64,000 nucleotides of DNA, from assembly GCA_963709585.1 (NCBI GenBank), contig CAVPXI010000007.1, positions 512,001 to 576,000 on the forward strand, given 5' to 3'. Positions 41,606-50,600 of this stretch are shown here, in pieces (position 1 is the first letter of the stretch; each line of letters starts with the position of its first letter). The notes beneath the pieces were generated by a model that saw only the letters and a list, made by a program, of their open reading frames with translations, was not told the origin of the DNA and made no database searches. The translations under genes were made by a program, and so were the position numbers. This DNA is from Candidatus Dormiibacterota bacterium. GTDB lineage: Bacteria; Chloroflexota; Dormibacteria; Aeolococcales; Aeolococcaceae.

Positions 41606-42852
41606 GCGCACCCGTCGCCACCGACCACGGCCTCGACGTCGCGCGCATCCGCGCCGACTTTCCGATTCTCGCGCGCGAGATCGGGACGCATCCTCTTGTC
41701 TACCTCGACTCGGCGGCGACAGCGCAGAAACCGCGAGTGGTGGTCGACACCATCGACGCGTACTACGCCACCAGCAACGCGAACGTGCATCGCGGAGTCC
41801 ACACCCTCGGCAACGAGGCAACCGATGCCTTCGAACTGGCGCGAGTTCGGGTGGCCGCGTTTCTCGACGCGCCGGCCGAGGGGCTCGTCTTCGTTCGCAA
41901 CACCACCGAGGCGATCAACCTGGTCGCGTCGTCGCACGCGACCCAGCTGCTCGAGCCGGGCGATCGCATCGTCGTCACCGTGATGGAGCATCACAGCAAC
42001 CTCGTCCCGTGGCAGCTCGCCGCCGAGCGCCGGGGACTGCAGCTGGTCGCGATCGACGTCGACGCGGACGGCAGGCTCGACCTGAGCAACCTCGACGAGC
42101 TGCTGGCCGCGCCGACAAAGCTGGTCGCGATCGGACATCAGTCCAACGTGCTCGGCACCGTCAACGACATCCGCGCCATCACCGAGCGCGCGCATGCGGC
42201 GGGTGCGCTCGTGTGCGTCGACGCGGCGCAGTCGGTGCCGCACATGAGCGTGTCCGCTCGGGACCTCGACTGCGACTTCATCGCCTTCAGCGGACACAAG
42301 ATGTGCGGACCCATGGGCATCGGCGTGCTCTGGGCTCGCCCCGAGCTGCTCGAGCGCATGCCGCCGTTCCTCGGGGGCGGGAGCATGATCAGCAGGGTCA
42401 CCCTCGAGCGCAGCACCTGGAACACGGTGCCCCACAAGTTCGAGGCGGGCACACCCGACGTCGCCGGCGCAGTCGGCCTCGCCGCAGCCTGCGACTACAT
42501 CGATGCCATCGGCCGCGATCGCATCCACGCGCACGAGATGTCGTTGACCGGTCACATGCTTGACGTTCTGGACGAAGTTGGCGATATCATGATATTCGGT
42601 CCGCGGGATCTCGAGGCACGCGGGGGCGTGGTGAGCTTCAACCTTGCTGACGTGCATGCGCACGACGTGGGCACGATCCTCGACCGCCGCGGCATCGCGG
42701 TCCGCGCCGGACACCACTGCGCGCAGCCACTCATGGCCCGCTACGACGTGCCGTCCATGGCCCGGGCGTCGGTGTATCTCTACACCACGCACGAGGAGAT
42801 CGACGCGCTCGGTGAGGGGCTGGGCGAGGTGCGCCGGGTCTTTCGCGTCTAG
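41602..42852 (+). CDS. sufS: Cysteine desulfurase, group II
   Basis: YLDSAATAQKP, NVHRG, SGHKMCGP, FEAGTP, RAGHHCA. Confidence 0.96.
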   Translation: MSAPVATDHGLDVARIRADFPILAREIGTHPLVYLDSAATAQKPRVVVDTIDAYYATSNANVHRGVHTLGNEATDAFELARVRVAAFLDAPAEGLVFVRNTTEAINLVASSHATQLLEPGDRIVVTVMEHHSNLVPWQLAAERRGLQLVAIDVDADGRLDLSNLDELLAAPTKLVAIGHQSNVLGTVNDIRAITERAHAAGALVCVDAAQSVPHMSVSARDLDCDFIAFSGHKMCGPMGIGVLWARPELLERMPPFLGGGSMISRVTLERSTWNTVPHKFEAGTPDVAGAVGLAAACDYIDAIGRDRIHAHEMSLTGHMLDVLDEVGDIMIFGPRDLEARGGVVSFNLADVHAHDVGTILDRRGIAVRAGHHCAQPLMARYDVPSMARASVYLYTTHEEIDALGEGLGEVRRVFRV

Positions 42853-43382
42853 GTTGCGCTGACCAGGAAGGCCGCGATGCGCGCGGCGGCGTCCGCGCGA
42901 GCCGCGAGCAATCCGTGGCCGAGGCCCGGGTAGATGACCAGCTCCGCGTTGCGCAGCGAGGTCACCTCGCGGCGCAGCAGGTCCACCTTCGCGAACGGGT
43001 CGCGGTCACCTGAGAGGAGGAGAACCGGACAGCCGATGCGCGACCAGTGCGCGGTCCGCAGCTCGTCGAGATGCCCCGGTCGGTGCAACGGATAGCTCAG
43101 GAGGACAAGCGCGCTCACGGCTTGATCCGCGGCGAGCATGCTGGCCATGCGCCCGCCGTATGAGTGCCCGCCGATCGCCGCGCCCGGCCGTTGCTCGAGC
43201 GCCTTGCGGAACACGTCGACTGCCCGGTCACTGTTCGATTTGGGGAGATCGAGCGCCGTGGCCTCGACACCGTGGGCGGCCAGCTCGGTCACCCATGGGC
43301 GCATCGACGCCGCGGTGCCCGATGCGCCGTGGCCGAGAAGCAGCCGCCGGCCTGCCGCGTCGGGTGGTTTACGCCTGCTCAC
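42849..43382 (-). CDS. Alpha/beta hydrolase (KANL3/Tex30-like)
   Basis: LGHGAS, GGHSYGGRMAS, LSYPLH, GDRDPF, GHGL. Confidence 0.85.
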   Translation of the reverse strand: MSRRKPPDAAGRRLLLGHGASGTAASMRPWVTELAAHGVEATALDLPKSNSDRAVDVFRKALEQRPGAAIGGHSYGGRMASMLAADQAVSALVLLSYPLHRPGHLDELRTAHWSRIGCPVLLLSGDRDPFAKVDLLRREVTSLRNAELVIYPGLGHGLLAARADAAARIAAFLVSAT

Positions 43383-44604
43383 GTTCGAGGATCTGGAACG
43401 GGGTCGGTTGCGGAGTGTGCGATGACGTCGGCGGCCGTCCCGGGAGCCAGGCGGCGCATACAGCGGCGCCGCAGAGCAGGATGCCGCTGCCACACCAAAA
43501 AGGAAGGCCGGCGTTGACCCCGTACAGCGAGCCGAGCACCGCGGCCCCGAAGGCCATGCCGCTGAACTGGTACAGGCCACCGATGCCCATCGCCCGTCCA
43601 CGCACGGCCGCCGGGGTGCTGTCCCCGATAACCGCGAACAGGCTGGGCTCCAGGATCACGGTCGCGACCGCCTCGATGGCTCCGACGGTCAGGATCACCG
43701 CAAGCGGCTGAAGGAAGGGATAGGTCGCGGCGCAGGCGGCGACAACGACCAGCCCGGCGGTCACGAGCTTGCGCCGGTCGGCTCGGTCCGCCAGGCGGCC
43801 TCCCGCGCGAGCCAGAACCAGGATCGGGAGCGCGAACAGGCTCACCGACAGCCCGATGATCAGCGGGCCGTAGCCACGCGCCGCTAGGTACTGCGGCCAG
43901 ACCACGTCGTACATCGACCAGATGGTGCCCGCCGCGAAGAGGGCGACGATCGGAACGAGGATGCCGCGGAGGCGCCACCAGCTGAATCGCTCCTTTCTAG
44001 CCGCTGCGGCAGCCGGCGCCGCCCTGGTTTCAGGGACACGAAGCAGCGACCCGAGCCCGATCAGCATGGACAGCCCGGTGATCCCGAACACAGCCGAATC
44101 GCGCCAGAGCGCCGCCGCACCACCGATCAGCGGACCGATGAGGAGCCCGACCATCTCGTACGCCTGTAATTGCGAGAATCGTTGGGCTCGCTGATCCGGC
44201 GCGCTCAGATCGGTGAGCGCAGCGCGCAGCGCCGGCGCATACGCACCGGCGCAGGCTCCCGTGGCGATCCTGATTGCGGTGAGCACCGGGAGGGTGCCGA
44301 TGTTCAAGAACAGGAACATCGAGAGCACCGCGTAGGCGAGTCGCGATCCGATCAGGAACGGCCTCCGGCCCCAGCGGTCTGACAGACGTCCGGCGGGGAC
44401 CTGGACGAGCGTGGTGGCGACCAGTGGACCGGCGATGAAGATCGCCACCGCAACGGAATTGCCGCCGCGATGGGTGACGTACAGCGGCGCGATCGGGAAG
44501 ACCGCGGCAACGCCGGTGAACATGATCAACTGCCCGATCAGGAGCCAGAATACGGGGTCGGCTCTGCGTTTTCCCGTGCGCGCAAGGACGTCGGTGCGAG
44601 CCAT
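43369..44604 (-). CDS. MFS transporter
   Basis: GRLSDRWGRRP, GRLADRADRR, about 12 TM helices. Confidence 0.93.
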   Translation of the reverse strand: MARTDVLARTGKRRADPVFWLLIGQLIMFTGVAAVFPIAPLYVTHRGGNSVAVAIFIAGPLVATTLVQVPAGRLSDRWGRRPFLIGSRLAYAVLSMFLFLNIGTLPVLTAIRIATGACAGAYAPALRAALTDLSAPDQRAQRFSQLQAYEMVGLLIGPLIGGAAALWRDSAVFGITGLSMLIGLGSLLRVPETRAAPAAAAARKERFSWWRLRGILVPIVALFAAGTIWSMYDVVWPQYLAARGYGPLIIGLSVSLFALPILVLARAGGRLADRADRRKLVTAGLVVVAACAATYPFLQPLAVILTVGAIEAVATVILEPSLFAVIGDSTPAAVRGRAMGIGGLYQFSGMAFGAAVLGSLYGVNAGLPFWCGSGILLCGAAVCAAWLPGRPPTSSHTPQPTPFQILEREQA

Positions 44605-44653
44605 GCCCCCATTTTCAGGTTTTGGCCTCGAACCGTTGGACTACGATGGTGCT

Positions 44654-45133
44654 ATGGCAGTCGGCTATACGCCCGTCGACGACGATCTCTATCGCGAGAT
44701 CATCCTCGACCACTATCGGAACCCTCGCCACCATCAGACCGTCGACCCTGCGGACCGCGTCATCGAGGCCAACAACCCGCTGTGTGGCGACGAGATCGAT
44801 CTTAGCTACAGGCTCGACAACGGGACGGTCGCCGCGATCGGCTTCACCGGGCGCGGTTGCTCGATCAGCCAGGCATCGGCGAGCATGTTGTGTGAGGCCG
44901 TGACCGGGATGAGCGCGGAGAGCGCCGCGCGGCTCGCCGAGCGCTTCCGGGCGATGTTGACCGGTGACGGCTCGCTGTCAGAGGATGACGACATCGGCGA
45001 CCTCGAGGCGCTCCGCGGCGTGCGTGCTTACCCGGTCCGGGTCAAGTGCGCCACGCTCGTGTGGAACGCGCTCCTCGAGGGTCTTTCCGCAACCCCCGCG
45101 ACGACGGCGTCAGCACTGAGGAGCGAGAAATGA
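44654..45133 (+). CDS. sufU: SUF system NifU-family protein
   Basis: LYREIILDHY, NPLCGD, GCSISQAS, RVKCATL. Confidence 0.95.
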   Translation: MAVGYTPVDDDLYREIILDHYRNPRHHQTVDPADRVIEANNPLCGDEIDLSYRLDNGTVAAIGFTGRGCSISQASASMLCEAVTGMSAESAARLAERFRAMLTGDGSLSEDDDIGDLEALRGVRAYPVRVKCATLVWNALLEGLSATPATTASALRSEK

Positions 45134-45492
45134 GCACTACGGAACCCCTTCTTTCGCCGAGCGAACCGGCAGCACCGAAGGAGGCGAAGGCGTCGGACGA
45201 GCTGATCCGGGCCGCGCTCAGCGAGGTCTACGACCCCGAGATCGGCATCGACATCGTGTCGCTCGGCTTGATCTACGACACCAACATCGACGATGACGGG
45301 CTGCTCACCATCGACATGACGCTGACCACCCCGTACTGCCCGATGGGTCCGATCATCGAGACGCAGGCGCACGCGGTGTGCGCGCCCCTCCCCGGGGTAC
45401 GCGACGTGCACATCAACCTTGTGTGGGCGCCTCCATGGGACCCGCGCACCATGGCTTCCGACGAGGCCCAGCTCGAGCTCGGCATCTACTGA
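45130..45492 (+). CDS. DUF59/SufT metal-sulfur cluster assembly factor
   Basis: VYDPEIGIDIVSLGLIY, TLTTPYCP, WAPPW. Confidence 0.93.
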   Translation: MSTTEPLLSPSEPAAPKEAKASDELIRAALSEVYDPEIGIDIVSLGLIYDTNIDDDGLLTIDMTLTTPYCPMGPIIETQAHAVCAPLPGVRDVHINLVWAPPWDPRTMASDEAQLELGIY

Positions 45493-45531
45493 TCTCGACG
45501 CCGGCGGGGCCGGTCTGGCATGGTTCGCTGC

Positions 45532-45900
45532 ATGGAGCGCGTCTTCACCCACGCAGAGGCCTCGGCGCTGCTGCCGCGGCTCACCGAGCTGCTCTCGGCG
45601 TTGCGCGACGCCCACCGCACGGCGCTGGACCAGGCGGCCGAGAGCGACCATCACCCGGTCTCATCGAACGGATCGGCGGCCGCGGCGATCAAGGCATCGG
45701 GCCCCTTCCACGAAGCCCAGCGCGTCAGCGCTGATATCGACCGGCTCGGCGTGATCCTGCGTGATCCCGACACCGGGCTCGTCGACTTCGCGTCAGCCCG
45801 GGAGGGAGAGCCGATCTACCTCTGCTGGCGTCTTGGGGAAGCGCGGATCGGCTACTGGCATCCGCGTGACACCGGGTTCATGGGCCGCCTGCCGCTCTGA
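45532..45900 (+). CDS. DUF2203 family protein
   Basis: FTHAEASALLP, GLVDF, YLCWRLGE..YWH..GFMGR. Confidence 0.88.
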   Translation: MERVFTHAEASALLPRLTELLSALRDAHRTALDQAAESDHHPVSSNGSAAAAIKASGPFHEAQRVSADIDRLGVILRDPDTGLVDFASAREGEPIYLCWRLGEARIGYWHPRDTGFMGRLPL

Positions 45901-45909
45901 TCCCTGCGC

Positions 45910-46584
45910 TCACGGACGAGCGGGCGTCTCGGACAGCCGCCTGACGTCCTCCGGGGTCATGCGCAGGAACAGCGCGAGATCGTCGCTTCGGTCGAGAAAG
46001 CGCACCTGCACGACCACGTCGTGCGCGAAGAACCCGGTGGCGCGCACCACGATGCCCACCAGTTCGCCGTCGTCGAAGAGCACGTCCTCGACGGTCCCGA
46101 GCTTGTCGCCGCCGTGGCCGATCATCACGTTCTCGCCGCGCCTGATCTCGATGTCACCGTCGGGCTTTTCGGCGCTCTCCTGCAGGCGGGGAACGATCGG
46201 ACCGACGCCAAGTGAGCCGCCGGCGAGCGCTGCCGCGAAGCTCAAGCCGTCGCCTCGCTCGAGCGGCTTGTAGTGGTAGCTGAGATATGGGGGCAGGGCG
46301 CGCGTTGCTCGCTTGTCCAGCGTGAGCCGGATGCTCTCGGGCCCGACGTCGCCGACGGCGTTGAGCGGCACGATCACCTCGGTGATCATGAGCCCGGCCC
46401 CCGGGGCGAGGGTCCTCCCCGAGAACCAGTTCGTCTCTCTGACGATGAGGGCGTGCGGATCCCAACTGTCCGCGTCGACGACGATGCGTTGCAGGGTGCC
46501 GACGTGATGGCCGTCCGCGGTGTGCACCGAGGCGCCGAGGCGAAGGTCGAGGGGGCGGCTGGGCGGCTGGTCGGATTCGGTCAC
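45910..46584 (-). CDS. PRC-barrel domain protein
   Basis: GASVHTADGHHVGTL and a second GDKLGTVEDV repeat. Confidence 0.8.
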   Translation of the reverse strand: MTESDQPPSRPLDLRLGASVHTADGHHVGTLQRIVVDADSWDPHALIVRETNWFSGRTLAPGAGLMITEVIVPLNAVGDVGPESIRLTLDKRATRALPPYLSYHYKPLERGDGLSFAAALAGGSLGVGPIVPRLQESAEKPDGDIEIRRGENVMIGHGGDKLGTVEDVLFDDGELVGIVVRATGFFAHDVVVQVRFLDRSDDLALFLRMTPEDVRRLSETPARP

Positions 46585-46616
46585 GCCGCGCGCCCGAACC
46601 GGGATACACTTTGGGA

Positions 46617-46860
46617 GCGTCTCTCGGCCCGGACCCGCCCCGCCTCAAAAACGACGCATGCGGACGCGGTGCCGTGGCACTCAGGCAAAAGGAGGAACCT
46701 AGCCCATGACAGATTCTTCGAGTACCACCTCCTTCCCGACCAGCGCAGTGGTGGAGAGCTGACCGCAGGGAGCCAGGTCACCACTCGGAGAGAGGCGCAA
46801 ACCGTTGCACCAGGCGGTCTCTCCACGCATTTGCGCTAACCGCGGCCCAGCCGCGGCTCG
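46617..46860 (+). ncRNA. Candidate structured RNA / small-ORF transcript
   Basis: TACACT -10 at 46605; SD AAGGAGG pairable with CCTCCTT; long bulged hairpin 46742-46837; strand uncertain. Confidence 0.4.
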
Positions 46861-46878
46861 AGCCAATCACCGGCTTCA

Positions 46879-47523
46879 TTAGGTGAAACGCGCCGTCTCG
46901 ACCTGTGCCGCACGGGTGGAGACGGCCGGCGATGGGACGATCTGGTCGCTCTCGACCCAGCCCTCATCGGCGCCGGCCACGCGTACCTTGACAAACTGCC
47001 CGCTGCGCTCCGGGAGCGCCTCGACCTCGGTGGCGGTGAGGATCTCGCGGCCGCGAGGGGCGTCACGACGCGGCTCCGCGAAGAGTCGATAGGGCATGCC
47101 CGCCCACGATGCGACCAGCGTCACCGGGCCCGGCGGGATGCGCCGGTCGCGGTAGACGGTTCGGGGATCCGAAGCACCGGCGGTGAGCAGCCGGATCACC
47201 TGGAGGGCTCGCGTCGTCGGACCCCTGTCTGCCTTGCCCATTGCTTTGGAGATGAGGCCGCCGCCAGAGCTGGCTTCCACCTCGACCCAGGTGCCCTCGG
47301 TGACCGCCACGGCGCGGCAGCGAACCCAGCGAATGCGGATCCTGGGGCGACCCCAATTCCCGAAGAGACCGCGGCGGCGATGCTCGACGATCCGCGCCTC
47401 GCTCTCCCCGACGACCTCGTAACGGTACGGGGTTGTCCCGATCATCTGCTCCACGACCGCGAAGACCTCACGAGGGGGGGCGGCCGACAGGAGGCGCCAC
47501 GTCTGAGCGGAGGGTGCCAGCAT
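46879..47523 (-). CDS. Hypothetical protein with C-terminal SH3-like domain
   Basis: SGQFVKVRV..EGWVESDQI; TACAAT 9 nt before the ATG. Confidence 0.7.
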   Translation of the reverse strand: MLAPSAQTWRLLSAAPPREVFAVVEQMIGTTPYRYEVVGESEARIVEHRRRGLFGNWGRPRIRIRWVRCRAVAVTEGTWVEVEASSGGGLISKAMGKADRGPTTRALQVIRLLTAGASDPRTVYRDRRIPPGPVTLVASWAGMPYRLFAEPRRDAPRGREILTATEVEALPERSGQFVKVRVAGADEGWVESDQIVPSPAVSTRAAQVETARFT

Positions 47524-47929
47524 CGCCCCCGGATTGTAGAGGGCGCGCTCTGGCGTCCGGCGAAGCGCCGGCCGGCTCGCGGGCGATCGCATAGCGCTCG
47601 CACATGGTGTCGAAACGTGCGGCGGTGTAGGCGTCCAGCAGAGAGCGGTGGCGCTCCACCAGCGGAACGATGTACGCCCGGAGATACCTCCCGCGAGCGG
47701 ACCACTGGTAGTAGGAACGGCCGCCGTGATGGTACGGGCCGTAGAGGGCGCTGCCGGGATACGTGCGGCGCAGCCACTCGAAGGTTTCCTCGTGCCTGAC
47801 GTGCATACGCAGCGTCACCTGCGGCTGACGGCCGTCGCCGCCGAAATGGCCCTCGCCGACCAGGAGGCCGAGGAGGAATCCGACCGAGAGATCGTCGCCA
47901 TCTTGGACGGCGGTCGTATCAGAGGCCAC
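47468..47929 (-). CDS. Free-standing single-motif LAGLIDADG-family protein
   Basis: GFLLGLLVGEGHF motif followed by beta-beta-alpha-beta-beta-alpha pattern (QVTLRM, FEWLRRTY, YYQWSARG); TTGACG-N18-TATGGT 7 nt before GTG. Confidence 0.78.
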   Translation of the reverse strand: MASDTTAVQDGDDLSVGFLLGLLVGEGHFGGDGRQPQVTLRMHVRHEETFEWLRRTYPGSALYGPYHHGGRSYYQWSARGRYLRAYIVPLVERHRSLLDAYTAARFDTMCERYAIAREPAGASPDARARPLQSGGDAGTLRSDVAPPVGRPPS

Positions 47930-48152
47930 GATCGCAACCATAGAGGCCACGCTGTTTCACCGTCAAGTTGTGCGCTAAACACTCCCCTGCCGTCCCAGTT
48001 CGAGCCAGGGGAGTTTTCCACAGGATTGGGCGCCGGCATGGCATCTTCAACTCGCAGGGACCCGAGCAGCGGTCGCCCGGCCTGGGGAAACACGGGATAA
48101 CTCGCTGTCCCGCTGACGGGCGCGGCCATCCGGCCATAATCAGCCGCTAACC

Positions 48153-48962
48153 GTGCCACCTAGCATTCTCGCGGTCGCCAATCAGAAGGGCGGGGTTGGA
48201 AAGACCACCACCGCCGTCAGCGTGGGCGCAGCGCTCGCCGAGATGGGCCGCAAGGTGCTCCTGATCGACATCGACCCCCAGGCCAACGCCACGTCCGGGC
48301 TCGGCGTCGATCGGAGCCGAGTCGAGACGAGCATCTATGACGTCGTGGTGATGGGGCGCTCGCTCGCGGAGGCCCGGCTGCATACGGCGGTCCGCGGTCT
48401 CGATATCGTGCCGTCGGACATTGCCCTTGCCGGATCAGAGATCGAATTGGTCGACCTCGCCCGCAGGGAACGCCGCCTCCAGTACGCCCTGGAAGCTCTC
48501 GAGTCCGACGACGACTACGTGCTCATCGATTCGCCGCCCAGCCTGGGGCTGCTGGCGATCAATGCGGTGGTCGCGGCCGACGCGCTGCTGATCCCGATCC
48601 AGTGCGAGTTCTATGCGCTCGAGGGGCTTGGCCTGCTCATGCACACGCTGACGCTCCTCCGCAGAGAGCTCAACCCGGGGCTCAGCATCGCGGGCATCGT
48701 CATGACCCTCTTCGACGCCCGCCTCGCCCTCGCGCACCAGGTCGTTGACGAGGTTCGCGCGCGCTTCGGCGATCAGCTGCTGACCCCGCTCATCCCCCGC
48801 AACGTCCGCCTCAGCGAAGCGCCCAGCCACGGCATGCCGATCACCCTCTACGACCCCACGTGCCGTGGCGCGATCGCATACCGAGAGCTCAGCGCCAATC
48901 TCGATGCGCGCATCCGCGGCGGCGCCCTCCTCGCCGCCGCCGGGGTCCAGAGCCCGGCATGA
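48153..48962 (+). CDS. parA: Chromosome partitioning ATPase ParA/Soj
   Basis: NQKGGVGKTT, DIDPQANATSGLG, DSPPSLG, PIQCEFYALEG, PRNVRLSEAPSHG. Confidence 0.96.
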   Translation: MPPSILAVANQKGGVGKTTTAVSVGAALAEMGRKVLLIDIDPQANATSGLGVDRSRVETSIYDVVVMGRSLAEARLHTAVRGLDIVPSDIALAGSEIELVDLARRERRLQYALEALESDDDYVLIDSPPSLGLLAINAVVAADALLIPIQCEFYALEGLGLLMHTLTLLRRELNPGLSIAGIVMTLFDARLALAHQVVDEVRARFGDQLLTPLIPRNVRLSEAPSHGMPITLYDPTCRGAIAYRELSANLDARIRGGALLAAAGVQSPA

Positions 48963-49868
48963 GCGACTCGGCTCCGCCTCGGGCGTTCCGCCGCCGCGGC
49001 CTCGGCCGCGGGCTGGAGGCACTGCTCACCAATGAGGCCGAAGCCGAGGAGGGATCGCCGCTGATCAGCCTCGATCCGCGGACGGTCGCCCCGAACCCCG
49101 AACAGCCGCGGCGCGCGTTCGAACCGGATGCGCTCGCGGCCCTGGGTGATTCGATCCGCCTGCACGGGCTGCTCCATCCGATCGTGGTTCAGCGCGATGG
49201 GGATTCCTACTGTCTTGTGGCCGGGGAGCGACGCCTGCGCGCCGCCCAGCTTGCCGGGATCGCGAGCATTCCAGCGATCGTCCGCCCGGCAGCGGAATCC
49301 AGCCGCCACCAGCTCGAGGTGGCGCTCACCGAGAACCTGCAGCGAACCGATCTCAACCCGATGGAGGAGGCCGCCGCGTATGCCCGCCTCTCGGACGCGT
49401 TCGGCCTCACCCACGAGGCGATCGCGCTCCGCCTGGGGCGCAGCCGGTCCGGCGTCACCAACGCGATCCGCTTGCTCGATCTCCCCGCGCCCGTCCAGGA
49501 GGCGGTTGCCGAACTCGAGGCTGACCGCGAGCCACGCGCGGGCGTTGCTGGTGCTCCCCGTTGCGGCGGATCAGGAGGCCGTCGCTGCCCTGGCGATCGC
49601 CGACGGCCTGAATGTGCGCGAGACCGAACGCGCGGTCCAGGAGCGGCTCACACGGGCGTCGGGGCCTGCTCGCCGGCGTGCGCCTGTCGCCGCAGCGCAG
49701 CAGCCCGCGCCCGATGACGCCGCGCTGCGACACGGCCTCGAGCAGGCGCTTGGCGTGCCCGTCCGCCTCCAGCGCCGCAAGGGCGGCGGCGGCAGGATCG
49801 TCCTCGACTGGGCCGATGAGTTCGACCTGGACGCGCTCTATCGCACCCTGGGCGGCCCGCCGCTCTAG
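48959..49868 (+). CDS. parB: Chromosome partitioning protein ParB/Spo0J; frameshift near 49514
   Basis: RGLGRGLEAL, NPEQPR, AGERRLRA, ENLQRTDL, HTH; C-terminus (LTASHARALL, LNVRETE) in the next frame. Confidence 0.93.
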
Positions 49869-49885
49869 AGGCGCCCTGGGCGGGC

Positions 49886-50518
49886 TCAGCCGACCGGGCG
49901 GTCAGCTGCTCCGGTGAACCGTGCTTCGGCAGCGTCCGCGTCGAAGTTCGCGAGAAACGCCTCGATGTACTTCGGACGGTCGGCCGGCTTGTAGTCGAGC
50001 AGGAACGCGTGCTCCCAGACGTCCATCACGACGATAGGCTTGAAGCCGGCGATGTTGCCGTCCTCGTGCAGCGTGATCCAGTGGTTGCTCAACCGGCCGG
50101 TGGCAGTGTCCAGGTAGGTCACCGCCCAGCCCACGCCGCGCATCCCGCCGATCGCGGTGAAGTCCTTGCGCCACGTGTCGATGTCACCGAAGGACTCGCC
50201 GAGTGCGCGCCCCAGCGCGGACGACGACGAGATGCCGCCGCCACTCGCCTTTGTGAGGTTTCCGAAGTACCACTCGTGGAGGACCATGCCGTTGTACTCG
50301 AAGCCGAGCCTGCGGGTGATCTCCGAGTACGACGGATTCGAGGCCAGACCCTGGCCGACCTGCTGCATCGAGACCAGCTGCTCGTTCAGCAGGTTCGTGT
50401 TTTTGACATAACCGGCATAAAGTCCGAAATGGACTTCCAGGGTGTTGTCGGAGATGCCGGCGAGTCCGGACAGGTCGAACGTTCTCGTCTTGTACGGCGT
50501 CTGGGTCAGGAGGGCCAT
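49886..50518 (-). CDS. Fe/Mn superoxide dismutase family protein
   Basis: EVHF..YVKN, NGMVLHEWYF, GVGWA, DVWEHAF. Confidence 0.9.
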   Translation of the reverse strand: MALLTQTPYKTRTFDLSGLAGISDNTLEVHFGLYAGYVKNTNLLNEQLVSMQQVGQGLASNPSYSEITRRLGFEYNGMVLHEWYFGNLTKASGGGISSSSALGRALGESFGDIDTWRKDFTAIGGMRGVGWAVTYLDTATGRLSNHWITLHEDGNIAGFKPIVVMDVWEHAFLLDYKPADRPKYIEAFLANFDADAAEARFTGAADRPVG

Positions 50519-50600
50519 CTTGTGCCTCGTGTATGAACCGGGTCCACGGTCGTGGTGGCTCACATTCTGGCAGCGTGGGACGCCATCTCGCAGCGCGGGC

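Noticed and set aside
46678-46765. Glycine-riboswitch-like CTCAGGCAAAAGGA, and Sec readthrough at TGA 46760
   Set aside because: The upstream aptamer elements are missing, and the readthrough frame resembles no selenoprotein I recognise
47953-47968. parS site (TGTTTCAC..) near parA
   Set aside because: Only a half-site, overlapping a -35; I saw no full TGTTNCACGTGAAACA palindrome by eye, though a motif scan could still find one
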